Below, in pieces: positions 13,003 to 24,220 of a stretch of 64,000 nucleotides of DNA. Under the pieces are notes generated by a model that was given only the letters and a program-made list of their open reading frames with translations, did not search any database and had not been told where the DNA came from. The translations under genes were made by a program, and so were the position numbers. The DNA comes from Eledone cirrhosa (lineage: Eukaryota). The stretch lies in the NCBI GenBank assembly GCA_964016885.1, contig OZ024740.1, forward strand, positions 32,798,001 to 32,862,000, written 5' to 3'. Within the stretch, counting starts at the first letter, position 1; each line of letters begins with the position of its first letter.

Positions 13003-14121
13003 TTCCTTTCCTTTTTTTCCGAGTTTCGTTTCGTTTATATGAGAAGGATTAAAAAGAAAAGAAAAAACACGTGAATGACAGAAGGAAGAGGATACGTGAT
13101 AAAATGACAGAGGTGAATGAAGAAAGACTGAGAAACAAATTCAGTTGTGAAAAGATTTTAGTCAACTAGAAAACTAAAAAGATGTTTCGACAGCAAGACA
13201 CGTTTTTTTCTTCTTCCCTGTTTGTATAGAACACAAAAGAAACGGTGTGATACCGACTAATTAATTAGGCACTGCCATAGTTTTTTTTAGTCACTTCTAC
13301 AGCGGGGTTGACTTGCATAATTATACGAATTGTTTTTATAGGAGTAGTTGCGAGAAAAATAATCTAGGATACAATAAATGCAACACAACGGTGTCAATAA
13401 TGAAAAGAATAACAATTAAATGTTCAGTTTGAAAGTGGCATTACTGTAGATAACGTGTGAAAGAGGGAGGGGAGATAGACAAGTTTGGCTGATTTTGTTG
13501 TTTTTATTTGAAAAGGTGAAAGTCCTCTGGAAATAGCAATGTGAAATGATAGAGTAGCTTTGTAAGGCCGAATGGAGAATATTGATCAACATCGATAAAA
13601 ATGGTTGCACTTTTTCAAGTGATTGAGTGCATGTGTGTGTGCTTCTGTTGCATTAACGAAGCAAACTTAGCTAGCTAGATATGATGGAGCTCATCAAATA
13701 TAAAACAGCATGACACCACCTCCTCGTCCTCCTCCTCCTCCCATGCCGACACGTGCTGAATAATACTGACAATAATACTGACAATAAAACAAACTTTCAC
13801 CACATTCAACGATCATAACATCTTTTTTTTTCTTCCCTTTCAAGAGATAACACAATTTTAGTGCATCTAATATACAATGCCGAGGTGTGAACTTTAATAG
13901 ATAAAGCAAGACAAATGTTGAGATAATGAACATTTTGTTATCGCTATTTTAAAAATCGATAGTATTAAGTAAACATAAACACTAAAAGAGTGATTAAGAA
14001 AACATTAGCAGTCTAATAAAAAATACAAATCAAATGAAAATGTAACCAGATTGTTGAAGTGGTTCTATATGACATACCAATTGACTAGTAAGGAGTCAGT
14101 CACACTATAACTACCTTCAGC

Positions 14122-14340
14122 TATGTGTGCCTATATACATATACACACACAAATATAAATAAATATACATATGTATGTGTGTTTACACACACAATCATAT
14201 ATAGATATATTACATACACACACACAAACAGAAATATAAGTGCATATATATATATATATATAACATATATACACACACAGAAATATAAGTGCATATATAT
14301 ATTATATATACACACACACACACAGATATAAGTGCATGCA

Positions 14341-14377
<37 letters not shown>

Positions 14378-14378
14378 C
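14122..14378. repeat. Compound AT/AC microsatellite with a repeated cagaaatataagtgcata motif
   Basis: Three copies of the motif among TA/CA runs. Confidence 0.85.
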
Positions 14379-15680
14379 ACATATCGCCTATGAAAAACAA
14401 TGTATATTTCAAAACAAGTATTCAAGTAAAAAAGGAAAATTGCAAGCAGAGCATATGTAGGAATTTTCATGGTGTGTTCCTGAGCATAAATTAGAAATGC
14501 AATGTTAAAGCATGTTGACCAGACTCAATGAGATAACGGGGAAAAGATAATGATAGACGGGTAGTAAGTAAAGCAAAGAGATTTTATAAGAAATAAAAAG
14601 GGAGTTGAGGACAGGAAATTAACGCGAGTCCCGGAAATCTGGTACATTAGAAGAACTACAATCGGAAGTAAAGAAAATATCCTTATTTTGGGAGAGGAAA
14701 AAGTTAGGAAAATATCAGGGAACGTAAATAGCAGATTATATATCAGACAAGTTGACGATAATTTTATTAAATCTAAAGAATAAACAAGATTGTATGGTTG
14801 TTGTGTTGTTAAAGGTGCAAGACTAGATGAATGGTTGAAAAGTGTTTTGATGATCGTTTAAAAAGTGTTGTAGTTTGGGGTGATGTAAAGTATTGTTTAA
14901 TTAAAGTTCCATAGTCCAATGTCATATGTTATATATATTCTGCAAGATTGGCATGCAATATTATCATCAATTCCAGTGTGGCATTTGTGTGATCCATGTG
15001 ATTTCAAAGTAGAATTTATAACATTGTTAACCTATTTTGAAGTAGTAAATAGGTTAACAGTGTTGGGGAATTTTGGACAGTGACCAACGGACAGAACTGA
15101 CGAAATATGCTTCAGTTACAAGCTAACAACGAGTTCGGGTAGTATCGGACAATTCATAAAAAATAAAAATAAAATGGAACTATGTAAAATATATAAATAG
15201 TAAAGCAAGAAAAAAAGATAATTAGAGATAAAGTATCGACAATGAAATGTAGCGAGAATTGGCTATAAATAGCAGTTCTTTGTCCCGGCCCACAGCAGTC
15301 GACCGACCATTAACTGGACCCTACTTTACACACCATGCTATGTTATTATTGCTCCACACACATATATCTATACACATACATTATGACAGATTTTCATGAA
15401 CAAATATAAATATAATCATCATTAAATTTGTTTGAAAACTACAAAACATATACTATTGTTACCTCTCGCTAGCTAAATTTAAGCTAACACTTTACATTTA
15501 CTATACAACTTCTTACTTCCCTGCCATCTTTTTAACTCTGTCTCCCCGTTGACATGGTTGTCTACGGTCTGTTTATTTTCATGTCAAAACAAAATACTAA
15601 ACGACCATCACAAAGATCACTACCTTCATTTGCCACTCATTGTTTTCATTCTGGCCAGATATTAAAAAAATCCAGCTTAC

Positions 15681-16410
15681 CTTTTAAAAATGTGGCATTT
15701 CAAGAATGCTGAAAAGGCGAGCCAAATCACAGGGGAACTAGCTGCTATAATCACAATGAGAAAGTGAGGATCGAGATGAAATAGTCTTTAGAAAACTGGT
15801 ATATAGCTATAAAGGATCACTAATGTTGTTACTACTACTAATACTACCAATACTAATAGTAGTAGTGTTAGTGCAAATCCTAACGACAGTGCTGGCCAAC
15901 ACACTGGTACATTCCTAGCAGTGGAAGCCCAGATCACAGCAGCAGCAGTAGCAATAATAATAGTAGTAATAATAATAGTAGTAGTAGTAGATAGTGACAG
16001 TGGGAGCAGTACCATTGAGATAGTAGCAAAAGAAGAAGCACGTATGTCGCAGGTGGAGGTATGAGGTATAAACTGTGTGGTGGAAGTAGGAGGTAAAATT
16101 ATAGGAAGTAATGGGGGAGTCTCCTCTCGTTAATAGTCAAACTAGTGGTGGTAGTAGTAGTGGTGGTGGTAATGGCTACGGCAGTAGTAGTGGTGGTGAT
16201 AGTAGTGATAGTAGTGGCTACGGCGGTAGTGGTGAACACAAGGTCAACAGACCATATAAAGCCAAGGTCACAGAGCATGCTCAGTAGTTGGTTTAGCTGC
16301 CGGCAACCGACGGTACGTTCAACAACGATATTACTTTCGGATGCTACAAGCAGTGCTGATTATGGAAACCGAGTAACGACAACCAGCATGAACGCGCCGC
16401 GCCCTCGCCA
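15681..16410 (-). other. Candidate first (5' UTR) exon of a minus-strand gene
   Basis: Consensus donor AAAG|GTAAGC with the exon ending at 15681. The exon body is rich in TAC/CAC triplets and holds only short upstream ORFs. A CpG-rich patch lies at 16290-16410. The 5' boundary is uncertain. Confidence 0.5.
15822..16234. repeat. Low-complexity trinucleotide tracts (TAC/TAG/GTG/CAG)
   Basis: Visible triplet runs, which explain the poly-V/T/I ORFs. Confidence 0.85.
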
Positions 16411-16412
16411 TG
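16236..16412. promoter_or_regulatory. Candidate promoter/CpG-rich regulatory patch
   Basis: ACAAGGTCA (16238-16246) and CCAAGGTCA (16262-16270), palindrome gagcatgctc (16273-16282), X-box-like gctgccggcaac (16296-16307) and cgcgccgcgccctcgccat, all in otherwise AT-rich DNA. Confidence 0.45.
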
Positions 16413-16642
16413 TAAATGTGTGTGCGTGTGTCTGTCTACATGTATGAACACGTACGCCACTGTGAGGAACATTGTGTCTGTAAATGATATATAAATGTGT
16501 GGTGTCTGTTAAATGATATATAAATGTGTGTGTCAGTAAATGTATGTGCATATAAATGAATGTGTCTATGTACATAAATACGTATCTGTAAGTGTATATA
16601 AATCTGTGTGTGTGAACAAATACGCCACTATGAGGAACATTT
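16412..16642. repeat. TG-rich low-complexity tract flanked by a ~30-bp direct repeat
   Basis: gaaca..tacgccact.tgaggaacatt at ~16446 and ~16614, plus internal taaatgatatataaatgtgtg duplications. Confidence 0.7.
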
Positions 16643-17204
16643 TCAGCACGTATTCTCAAGGAACCATCGTTTAACAACAGACTGGCTAGTTGTCTTATAC
16701 TGGTCGCCCCCACACTTATTTTAACAATCACAATGGAACATTTATTATTATACAAAGCGTCAACAGAAAATTAAAATAGACCAGAAACCAGCGTGTATTT
16801 ACTAAATACCGAAAACTCGTGTTTCGTCTATATAGTCACTGAATGAAAAATAATTGAAATGTTCCAAACTTTCATGTCTAAATAGATTTCTCTGTTAAGA
16901 AATAATAAATTGAATTTTAAAATTATAGAAACAAATTTATGTTATTAAAAGATAGATGAGTGTTCCAGCATAAATAGAATATATGAATTGTCATTTGTTT
17001 TACTTTGACAAAGCTGGTACACACTAATTAATGCGTGTATATATATAATAGGTTATTTCAGCCCTACATGTGTTTTATTTGGGGGTGAAATAATAATTTA
17101 AAAAATTACTTAAATAGATTTTTCTGGATTGATTTCAAAATATCTCATCTGAGATGTATAAACTAAAAAAAAAAAAATGCAACACGTTTCCTGTGTTTAT
17201 AAGA

Positions 17205-17368
17205 CAATAGTTGTGAATAGTTGAGTTCGAATGCCGCCAAGGTTAGCTTTGCCTTTCATCCTTATGGGGTCGATAACAAAGTACCAGTAATGCATTTGGT
17301 CAGTTTAATCGACTTTCCCATTCCCTTCAAATTACTGTCCTTGTGTCAAATATAGAAACAATTATTTG
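17205..17368 (+). mobile_element. SINE (long subfamily)
   Basis: B box gagttcgaatgcc, core gcctttcatccttatggggtcgataa..agtaccag, 3' end ccttgtgtcaaatatagaaacaattatt. Confidence 0.85.
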
Positions 17369-17647
17369 TAGATCTAAAGTGACTGTTGCAGAAAAAGAAA
17401 CATTTATTACGGACTTGATCAACAAGAAAACTCCAGCTTCATCAATGTATCAGATATCTACCTCAATTTCTACACAAAACACTACTTATATAACCCTGTT
17501 TGTTTAAGACAATTTCCTTTGATCTAAAATAAAAAGCTATATAGTTTATACAAGATCGGTTACAGTGGTAAAAAGCGAAGATATATATAGTTATATAGTC
17601 AGTACGTTTCTCCTACTGATATATTAAATTATGTAAGATAAATTAAT

Positions 17648-17725
17648 TGGACTCTGATGAGACAATCGTCAAAGAATAAACTTCCTTTCATTCCTGGTTA
17701 GTCTAGCGAAACGGCCGTAAGTCTA
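17648..17725 (+). ncRNA. Minimal type I hammerhead ribozyme motif (Penelope-like)
   Basis: Stem I tggact (17648-53) pairs with agtcta (17720-25). Core CTGATGA (17654-60) and GAAA (17708-11). Palindromic mini stem III cggccg and GUA cleavage triplet. Stem II is long and imperfect. Confidence 0.7.
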
Positions 17726-17917
17726 TTAAATGTTTTAATAATAATCATTTTCTTAACATGGTTTCAAAACCTATATAACATTTCATTTATGTCACTATTG
17801 CTCTTGGCCCTCGATGCATGCTACACCTTTCCACACACCGACTTTTAAAAACACAAACTTCATAGTTGGTGTGTGAAAATGAACTATTCTTAATTTCCAG
17901 GTGATGTGGAGGAATAC

Positions 17918-17942
17918 TGAGAGAGAGAGAGAGAGAGAGAGA
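17918..17942. repeat. (GA)n microsatellite
   Basis: Perfect GA run. Confidence 0.9.
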
Positions 17943-17959
17943 TGGGAAGGGAACAAACT

Positions 17960-18510
17960 AGGCACCCTTTGTTAGAGAGCATATCTCAGTTATGCCCTGC
18001 AAACAAGATGGTAAAGGTTTTGCTATGGAGAACAGCCAGAGTTATTTGCTGCCTCAGCCATTCCACTGGGGCTCTTTCCTCAAACATGATGCCATCTTCC
18101 TGATTTGGCATTTCTCATTCATTCCTCTGTGTTGCAGTGCCTAAGCAATGATATTTGCAGCAGAGAAACTGTTGCAAAATGTGGCATCCAAAATCAATGA
18201 CATACTCACCCCTTTAAACGAGAAATGGGTTCTCTTGCTGGAGTGCATACATTCAAAACTATCAGACTCCAGTTCTAACAGAAAACCGGCCATGTTGAGG
18301 TTCCTCTTAATGATGCCATTTAGAGAAACATGACAAAAAATATGTCCCATACTGTGAGAACAAGAACACGAGAAAACCTAACTCATCAACCGAGGTTCCA
18401 CAGCAACATTTGTATGGCTCACATATGCAGTGGTTAAAGTGTGCAGCAACTCCAATATGAATGCATTCACCATCAAGAAGGGTGCCAATTGACAAAGAAC
18501 CATCATTGGA
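17960..18510 (+). mobile_element. Highly decayed RTE/BovB-like RT remnant
   Basis: Frameshifted pieces GKGFAM, MIFAAEKL..KCGIQNQ and NAFTIKKGA lie in the order of the RT motifs GKILAR, MIFAARQLQEKC and FPIxxGVKQG. Confidence 0.45.
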
Positions 18511-18873
18511 TGATGGCAGAAAGATAGATTGGTAATACCAAGTCAGAAGTTGAAGAGACCAAACAAGGCCAGCAAACCCCACGTGTTATCAAACCTGACA
18601 TTCAATACATAAACAAATGGTAACAGCGAGTTCACTAAGGTGTGCTGTGAAGCAAAAAGAGGAGTTTGACAAGGGTGAAGCTATTAAATACAGGTAACAT
18701 TACCACAAAAATCTACATAGTATTTGTAGAATTGCTATTTTATTTTCATTAGAAGAAATTACATTAAAATTAAGAGGATTTTATATTCTTAAATTCAAAA
18801 ACAAAATATTTACCAAAGAAAATCAAATTAAAAGTGATTAAAAAACCACAGAAAAGAGGAAATTATAAGAATA

Positions 18874-19954
18874 CTAGCAGCAGTACCCAGCGTTGCCTGG
18901 GTAGGTAAAATAATATATGCTTTGATGAAAAGGTGTTGATCTTAGCGACTGCGAGTTTCTTGTAAATCGGTCGTAAGATGTAGCAAATGGCGAAATGTTG
19001 AGTGAAATCGTATGGAATATGTGGGAGGTAGAAAAAATCGTATTTTGAAAAGTTAAACGGCTGCCACACCGTCCCTGAATAAAAAGTGCAAAGTGTAAAG
19101 CTACTATAAGATGTGCAATGATAGGTTCTATCGTAGTATAAAAGTTGAACCAAATAAATTGATTTATGTGTAAGGTGGAGCCGAAGTTTCGAATTTGAAT
19201 GAAATCGGTTGAAAAATGTGGGAGCTAATGATAGGTCGCCGTCCCTGAACAAAAAATGCAAAGTGTAAACCTACTATAAGATGTGCAATAATATATTCTA
19301 TCGTAGTATAAAAGTTGAACCAAATAAATTGATTTATGTGTTAGGTGGAGCCGAAGTTTCGAATTTGAACGAAATCAGTTGAAAAATGTGGGAGCTAGAG
19401 CCAAAAAGGTGGTATTTTCGAATATTTAAGCGGCTGCCACACCGTTCCTGAACAAAAAATCCAAAATGTAAAGCCACTTTAAGACGTGAAATAATCAGAT
19501 CTAGCATAGTGTAAAATTTGAACAAAGTAGGTTGATTAATGTGGGAGCTAGAGTCGAAAAAGTGGAAATTTGAGTCTAAAGGTGGTATTTTTTAAATATT
19601 TAAGCGGCTGCCACGCTGTCCCTGAACAACAAATGCAAAATATAAAGCCATTACAGGATGTGCAATGATAAATTCTATTTTGCTTTAAAATTTGAACGAA
19701 ATCGGTGGCAAAATGTGGGAGCTAGAGCCAAAATCTTATTTTTCGATACCTAAAAAAAAAGGTGACCCCCCCCCCCCCTATCGATTTTTATCTGCAGATT
19801 GACCCCGGAATAAAAAAACGATACGCTGATATATAGAAAACACTCCCCGATGACTAATCTATGAGCCTGTAAAGTTTCATGAAAATCAGTCGTAAGATGT
19901 AGGCCCCTATAGGTAATACACAGACACACACACATAATTTTATATATATACAGA
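18874..19954 (-). mobile_element. Non-autonomous Helitron with four internal ~180-bp tandem repeats
   Basis: Minus strand starts A|TCTGTATATATATAAAATT and ends with the hairpin ACCCAGGCAACGCTGGGT plus CTAG|T (A/T target). Internal repeats c.gt.cctgaa..aaaa..gcaaa.tgtaaa occur at ~19070, 19240, 19442 and 19617. Confidence 0.85.
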
Positions 19955-20226
19955 TATATGAAAGCATATACGGTATGCTAGGTAAAATAAGTTTGCATGG
20001 TTATATTCTGTGGATCATGAAAAGCAAACAATATATATATATATCTATAAAGGTAGCTTCATTAAGGATCATGCACTTGAGATAGTACATTTCATATCTT
20101 TTTACACTATTTTTTACCCACATTCAGAGTTGTTAGAGTACAAATTGCATATAAGATATGTGTATTATATAGCCTTTATTGTTATATACTATATATATTG
20201 CTTGTAAACTAGGAAAATCTCTATAT

Positions 20227-20339
20227 AAGTAAATAATTGTTTCTACTTTAGGCACAAGGCCAGCAATTACCCAGTGCCTTACTGGTACTTTATTTTATCG
20301 ACCCCGTAAGGATGAAAGGCAAAGTCAAAGTAAATAATT
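20227..20339 (-). mobile_element. 5'-truncated SINE (short subfamily) with 12-bp target-site duplication
   Basis: The SINE 3' part is flanked by aagtaaataatt at 20227-20238 and 20328-20339. Confidence 0.88.
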
Positions 20340-20910
20340 ATAGGTTTTCTTAGACTATATACTACCACATATCACATTCCTCTGGAGTATTTCAGATCAA
20401 AGTAAATAATGCCATTTTTTTCACACTAACTTTTACTCATTTTAAAACAAATGCTTTTCTTCATATGATGTATTCATAACAAACCTAAAACACCATTACA
20501 ATAAAATATTAGTCATTTAAATTAGCATTTGAACTACTTTTGAAAATTTATTTAATTTAAAAACATGAATATAAGAATAGAAAAGCTAAAAATATTTCTA
20601 TACAAATCTAATTTTAATAGTTTTAGGGGTTAGACATTTTAGTGATAACTATTAAAATTAAAAATGAAATGAATCTAGAGTTAAAACATGTTATATAAAT
20701 AAATTAACAGCCAAGTACGTTTATAATAATTAAACTAAATATAAATTGTTACACACATACACATAGGAAATTATTACTAAACACTGTATGACAAACATTA
20801 AAGTTGATAATTGTTGAACTTTACAATAATTTGTGGAGAACAAAAGAAACAACTGTCATATCTTGAAAACTAACTACATGCCTCCACAAGCAGGAAGTAG
20901 TAGACATGTG

Positions 20911-21117
20911 GTTTCTGATTCAGGCACAAGGCTAACAATTTTGCGGGAGAGGAAAGTTGACTAAATCAACCTCGGTGTGTTATTGGTTCTTTATTTTATC
21001 GACTGTATAAGGATGAAAGGCAAAGCTAACCTCGGCAGGATTTGAACTCAGAATGTAAAGGGACATAACTATGCCACAAAGCAGGTCCAATGCTCTATCG
21101 ATACTGTCAATTCATCC
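20911..21117 (-). mobile_element. Near full-length SINE (long subfamily)
   Basis: Reverse-complement B box ggatttgaactc, the core and the ggcacaagg end are all present. Confidence 0.85.
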
Positions 21118-21698
21118 ATAAATAAATATTGATGAAAAAAAATCATGAATGGTTGAACATTTTTTCAGTAATATCCAATTGAAGTAGATATCAAAATGAA
21201 ATGTTTCAACATTTTTATATTGTCTCTTATTTAACAATAGTGAGTCATAGCAAATCTTGTAGAGGATAGATATAAAACAATGCAGTTTCTACAAGAAGCT
21301 GGAATACCAGCTGTTGCATTTCTGTTAAGAAAATTACACAAAGGAAAAACATTCACTTTTCATTTGTCAACTTAGGGAATGTATTTAACAAAGGCCTACA
21401 TTCTAAACAATAAAAAGGTTTGGATAAATCTCCTTACAGCTGTTTGAGAATTGAAAAATAACAGGCAAATACTGAATACTAAGTATTAGTTGTTGTTAAC
21501 TGATTAAAGATTCATTTGAATGACATTTTAGCATGGCCATCATCGGGAATTTTTCTACAAATATTTAAATTATAGACAAACTATGTTCTGTTCATTTTTA
21601 ACTCATATAAAATACTTTTCATGTAACAAAAATTTGTTAAGCAATAAAAAAAATGTTGAAGAATTCAGCAAAATAACTAAATAGTCAATAACCAACAG

Positions 21699-22250
21699 CC
21701 TCTAGTGCAGGTGCCATGATAAAATACACCCAGTACATTTTGTAAAGTGGTTGGTGCTAGGTCTAGATATAGTAACTATACCAAAAATGGGTTGAGAGGA
21801 CCCTTCAATCACAACATAACCTCTCTCTAGTGATGGTGCCACAAAAAATGCACACCATACATCCTGTAAGGTGGTTGGTGATAAGAAGGGTATCTAGTTG
21901 TAAAAGCAATGTCGAAAAGGGTCAAGAGGACTCTTCAGTTGTGTCAAGGGTGCTGCAACATTTCTAGAGTTGGTAACAATAAAACTCACGCAGTACACCC
22001 TGTAAGGTATTTAGTGAGAAGAAGGGCATCTAACCATAGAAAATTTGACAAATGAAGAGTGAGAGGACTCTTCAGTTGTATCAAAGACAGTGCTGGTTCT
22101 ACAATAAAATGCACCTGGTGCTCTTGTAGAATGCAAGAATGTAAAGGAGATGCAGACCTTGGCCTATCTGAAAGATCAGTAGCTCCAAATAAGTACTGAC
22201 AGTCTGTGACAACCCAGTCAACTCTTGCTAACAGGGAACTCATTATCATT
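21699..22250 (+). mobile_element. Non-autonomous retroposon with three tandem RTE-3'UTR modules
   Basis: Modules start at ~21699, ~21825 and ~21962 (ctagtg..ggtgcca..aaaa..cac..agtaca...tgtaa.gtggttggtg..agaggactcttca). The 3' part matches 8590-8690. Confidence 0.7.
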
Positions 22251-22430
22251 ATTTAATGTCCATTTTCTACACTAGCATGAGTTAGACAGGTTGTCCCATT
22301 AGGGGCAAATTGGGTCAGGTGATTGTGTCTTGCTCATATAGAACTGTTTCTGGCTTGGTTTCTATGACTGGATACCTTTCCTAACTCCAACCACATTTAC
22401 AGTGTGTGGAAAATGGATGTTAAATGATGA
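22240..22430 (-). mobile_element. RTE-tail fragment in opposite orientation
   Basis: tcattatcattatttaatgtccattttc..ctagcatg...tggatacctttcctaactccaaccac matches LINE positions 267-425. Confidence 0.65.
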
Positions 22431-22493
22431 TTTGGTACATAACTAAAAAGATCCTTACACAAAATTATGATAGTAAATTTAAATACCTACAGT

Positions 22494-22740
22494 TTAACAC
22501 TTTTGATACCAAACCATCAGAAACAACCCCTGGTTCTATGATACAAAACTTTATTTTAAAGTATTTATATTTATCTAAAACTTTCCATCATAATTTTATG
22601 TAAGAACCTTTAAGTTATGCTCCTACTTAATAATGAGAAAGTTATTTTACTACATCTTTCAAAAGTCTTATTATTTTCAAAATTATTTTTAAATTATAGG
22701 CAATATTTTTCATTAGAAATAAAGTAACAAAAAAGTTTAA
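22494..22740. mobile_element. piggyBac-like MITE (TTAA ends)
   Basis: TTAA at both ends (22494-97 and 22737-40) with degenerate inverted termini cacttttgatac / gtaacaaaaaagt. Confidence 0.55.
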
Positions 22741-23219
22741 ACCAGACATTTTTTTCCCCTGTAGGATGGTTTCAACAGGAGTTAGTTAAAAAATATCAGT
22801 TAACTGTATTGAACAGTCCGACTATGTAGATGATCCCTTCTTAGGTCATTGAATAGTCTAAGTCTATGTAAATTATCCCTAGTTTAACTGCAACTGGGAA
22901 ATGACTAAATTCAATGCACAGAAAAGAAGTGGGTAGAAAGTTTGTGTTATGTATGTTGTGCAATGAAAAACAGCCACAAACGATAGATTAAATAATGGAG
23001 AAACAAAAGTTCAAGTGAAGAACAATCAACAGACATTATAAGTTAGATGATAGCATGCTCTAACAGCTTAGTCAACAAATAGATGTAGTATGCCAGGTTA
23101 GATAATATGTACTAAGATTAGAGTCAGTGAGGTCAAAGTTGCTACGTGATTGAAAGTAGTTTCGATAACTACCGCATTTCTGGACAAAAAAAAAAAAAAA
23201 TCAGTTTCAACATGTTTGT

Positions 23220-23535
23220 TTTATCATTTAACACTATTTCCCATACTTGCATGGGCTAAACAGGTCAAATGACCACACCTTGCTCATATGTTCTGTTTTT
23301 GGCTTGATTTTCTAAGCCAACCACCTTATAGGGTGAACTGGGTGCTTCTTATCACAGCACCAGCACTACCATCTTATAGGGTGGACTTGGTGCTTTTTGT
23401 TGTGGCATCAGCACTACTACTTTACAGAGTGAACTGGATGATTTTTGTTGTAGCACAAGCACTACTTATTGCCTTATGGGGTGGACTGGGTACATTTTGT
23501 TGTAACACGGACATTACCACCTTACAGAGGGGAAT
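23220..23535 (-). mobile_element. RTE-tail-derived element with a ~48-bp tandem array (~4.3 units)
   Basis: tcatttaacactatttcccatacttgcatggg (tail end), then units cttat/cagggtg.actgggtgctt.tt...gcaccagcactac at ~23325, 23373, 23420, 23472 and 23520. Confidence 0.7.
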
Positions 23536-23603
23536 GGGAGCAGTATGACCACATTACAAAAGATAAAATGACAATCTGTTAATTCAGAATTGTGTTCATA
23601 GCT

Positions 23604-23710
23604 AAATAATTATTTCTACTTTAGGCACAAGGCCAGCAATTACCCAGTGCATTACTGGTACTTTATTTTATCGACCCCGTAAGGATGAAAGGCAAAGTCA
23701 ACCTCGGCGA
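23604..23710 (-). mobile_element. 5'-truncated SINE (short subfamily)
   Basis: Nearly identical to 20233-20328. Confidence 0.9.
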
Positions 23711-23790
23711 GATAATGACCAAAACATAGTACTGTTATACATCCATTGTATTTTTCTGACTGATATGGATAGGATGGCTTTGGTAACTTT

Positions 23791-23999
23791 AGGCAAGTGG
23801 ATTGGCAGTATCGGTAGAGGGTCGGACGCCATGCTTTGCAGTAAAGAGTTACGGCCCTTTATGATCTGAGTTCAAATCCTGCTGAGGTTAACTTTACCTT
23901 TCATCGTTACGGGGTCGATAAAATAAAGTACCATTAATACACTGAGATAATTGCTGGCCTTGTGCCAAAAGGTAGAAACAATTATTATTATTATTATTA
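23791..23999 (+). mobile_element. Full-length tRNA-headed SINE, MetaSINE-like core, (ATT)n tail
   Basis: A box tggcagtatcgg (23803-14), B box gagttcaaatcc (23868-79), core cctttcatcgttacggggtcgataaaataaagtacca, and an (att)n tail. Confidence 0.9.
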
Positions 24000-24149
24000 C
24001 AATTTTCTAAGTAGCTGGATGTTCAGCCTGTCACTAACCAACCAACCTACCAAACAACCAACCATAGAGTAGGAATAGATATATTTCAAGTAAGGAAGTC
24101 TAGGTCAACGAGTACAGTAATGTGTGAACTATTGACCAGTGTTTCACAT

Positions 24150-24220
24150 TTAGAGTATGACAGGCTGGGTCAATGAGAGTTTGCAAAGTTCATGGGCACA
24201 ATTATTACCAACAGACCAAA
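24150..24220 (-). CDS. Candidate terminal coding exon (F)WSVGNNCAHELCKLSLTQPVIL*
   Basis: Strong acceptor gcc(t)10aatag| ending at 24221. Phase-compatible with the microexon at 41086-41114. TAA at 24152-24150. No homology search was possible. Confidence 0.42.

Noticed and set aside
12709-14470. ORFs rich in YI/CV/TH
   Set aside because: They are microsatellite translations.
15788-16447. Hydrophobic ORFs 15788-16015 and 16145-16447
   Set aside because: Their composition is explained by trinucleotide tracts, with no recognisable domain.
16810-16850. gacgaaac hairpin on the minus strand resembling a hammerhead half
   Set aside because: No CUGANGA box is present.
21520-21550. Possible minus-strand hammerhead (ccgatgatggccatgctaaaatgtc)
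   Set aside because: Both catalytic core boxes are mutated. At most a dead remnant.
23791-23880. tRNA gene
   Set aside because: The A and B boxes belong to a SINE head. There is no cloverleaf, and the SINE core and tail follow.
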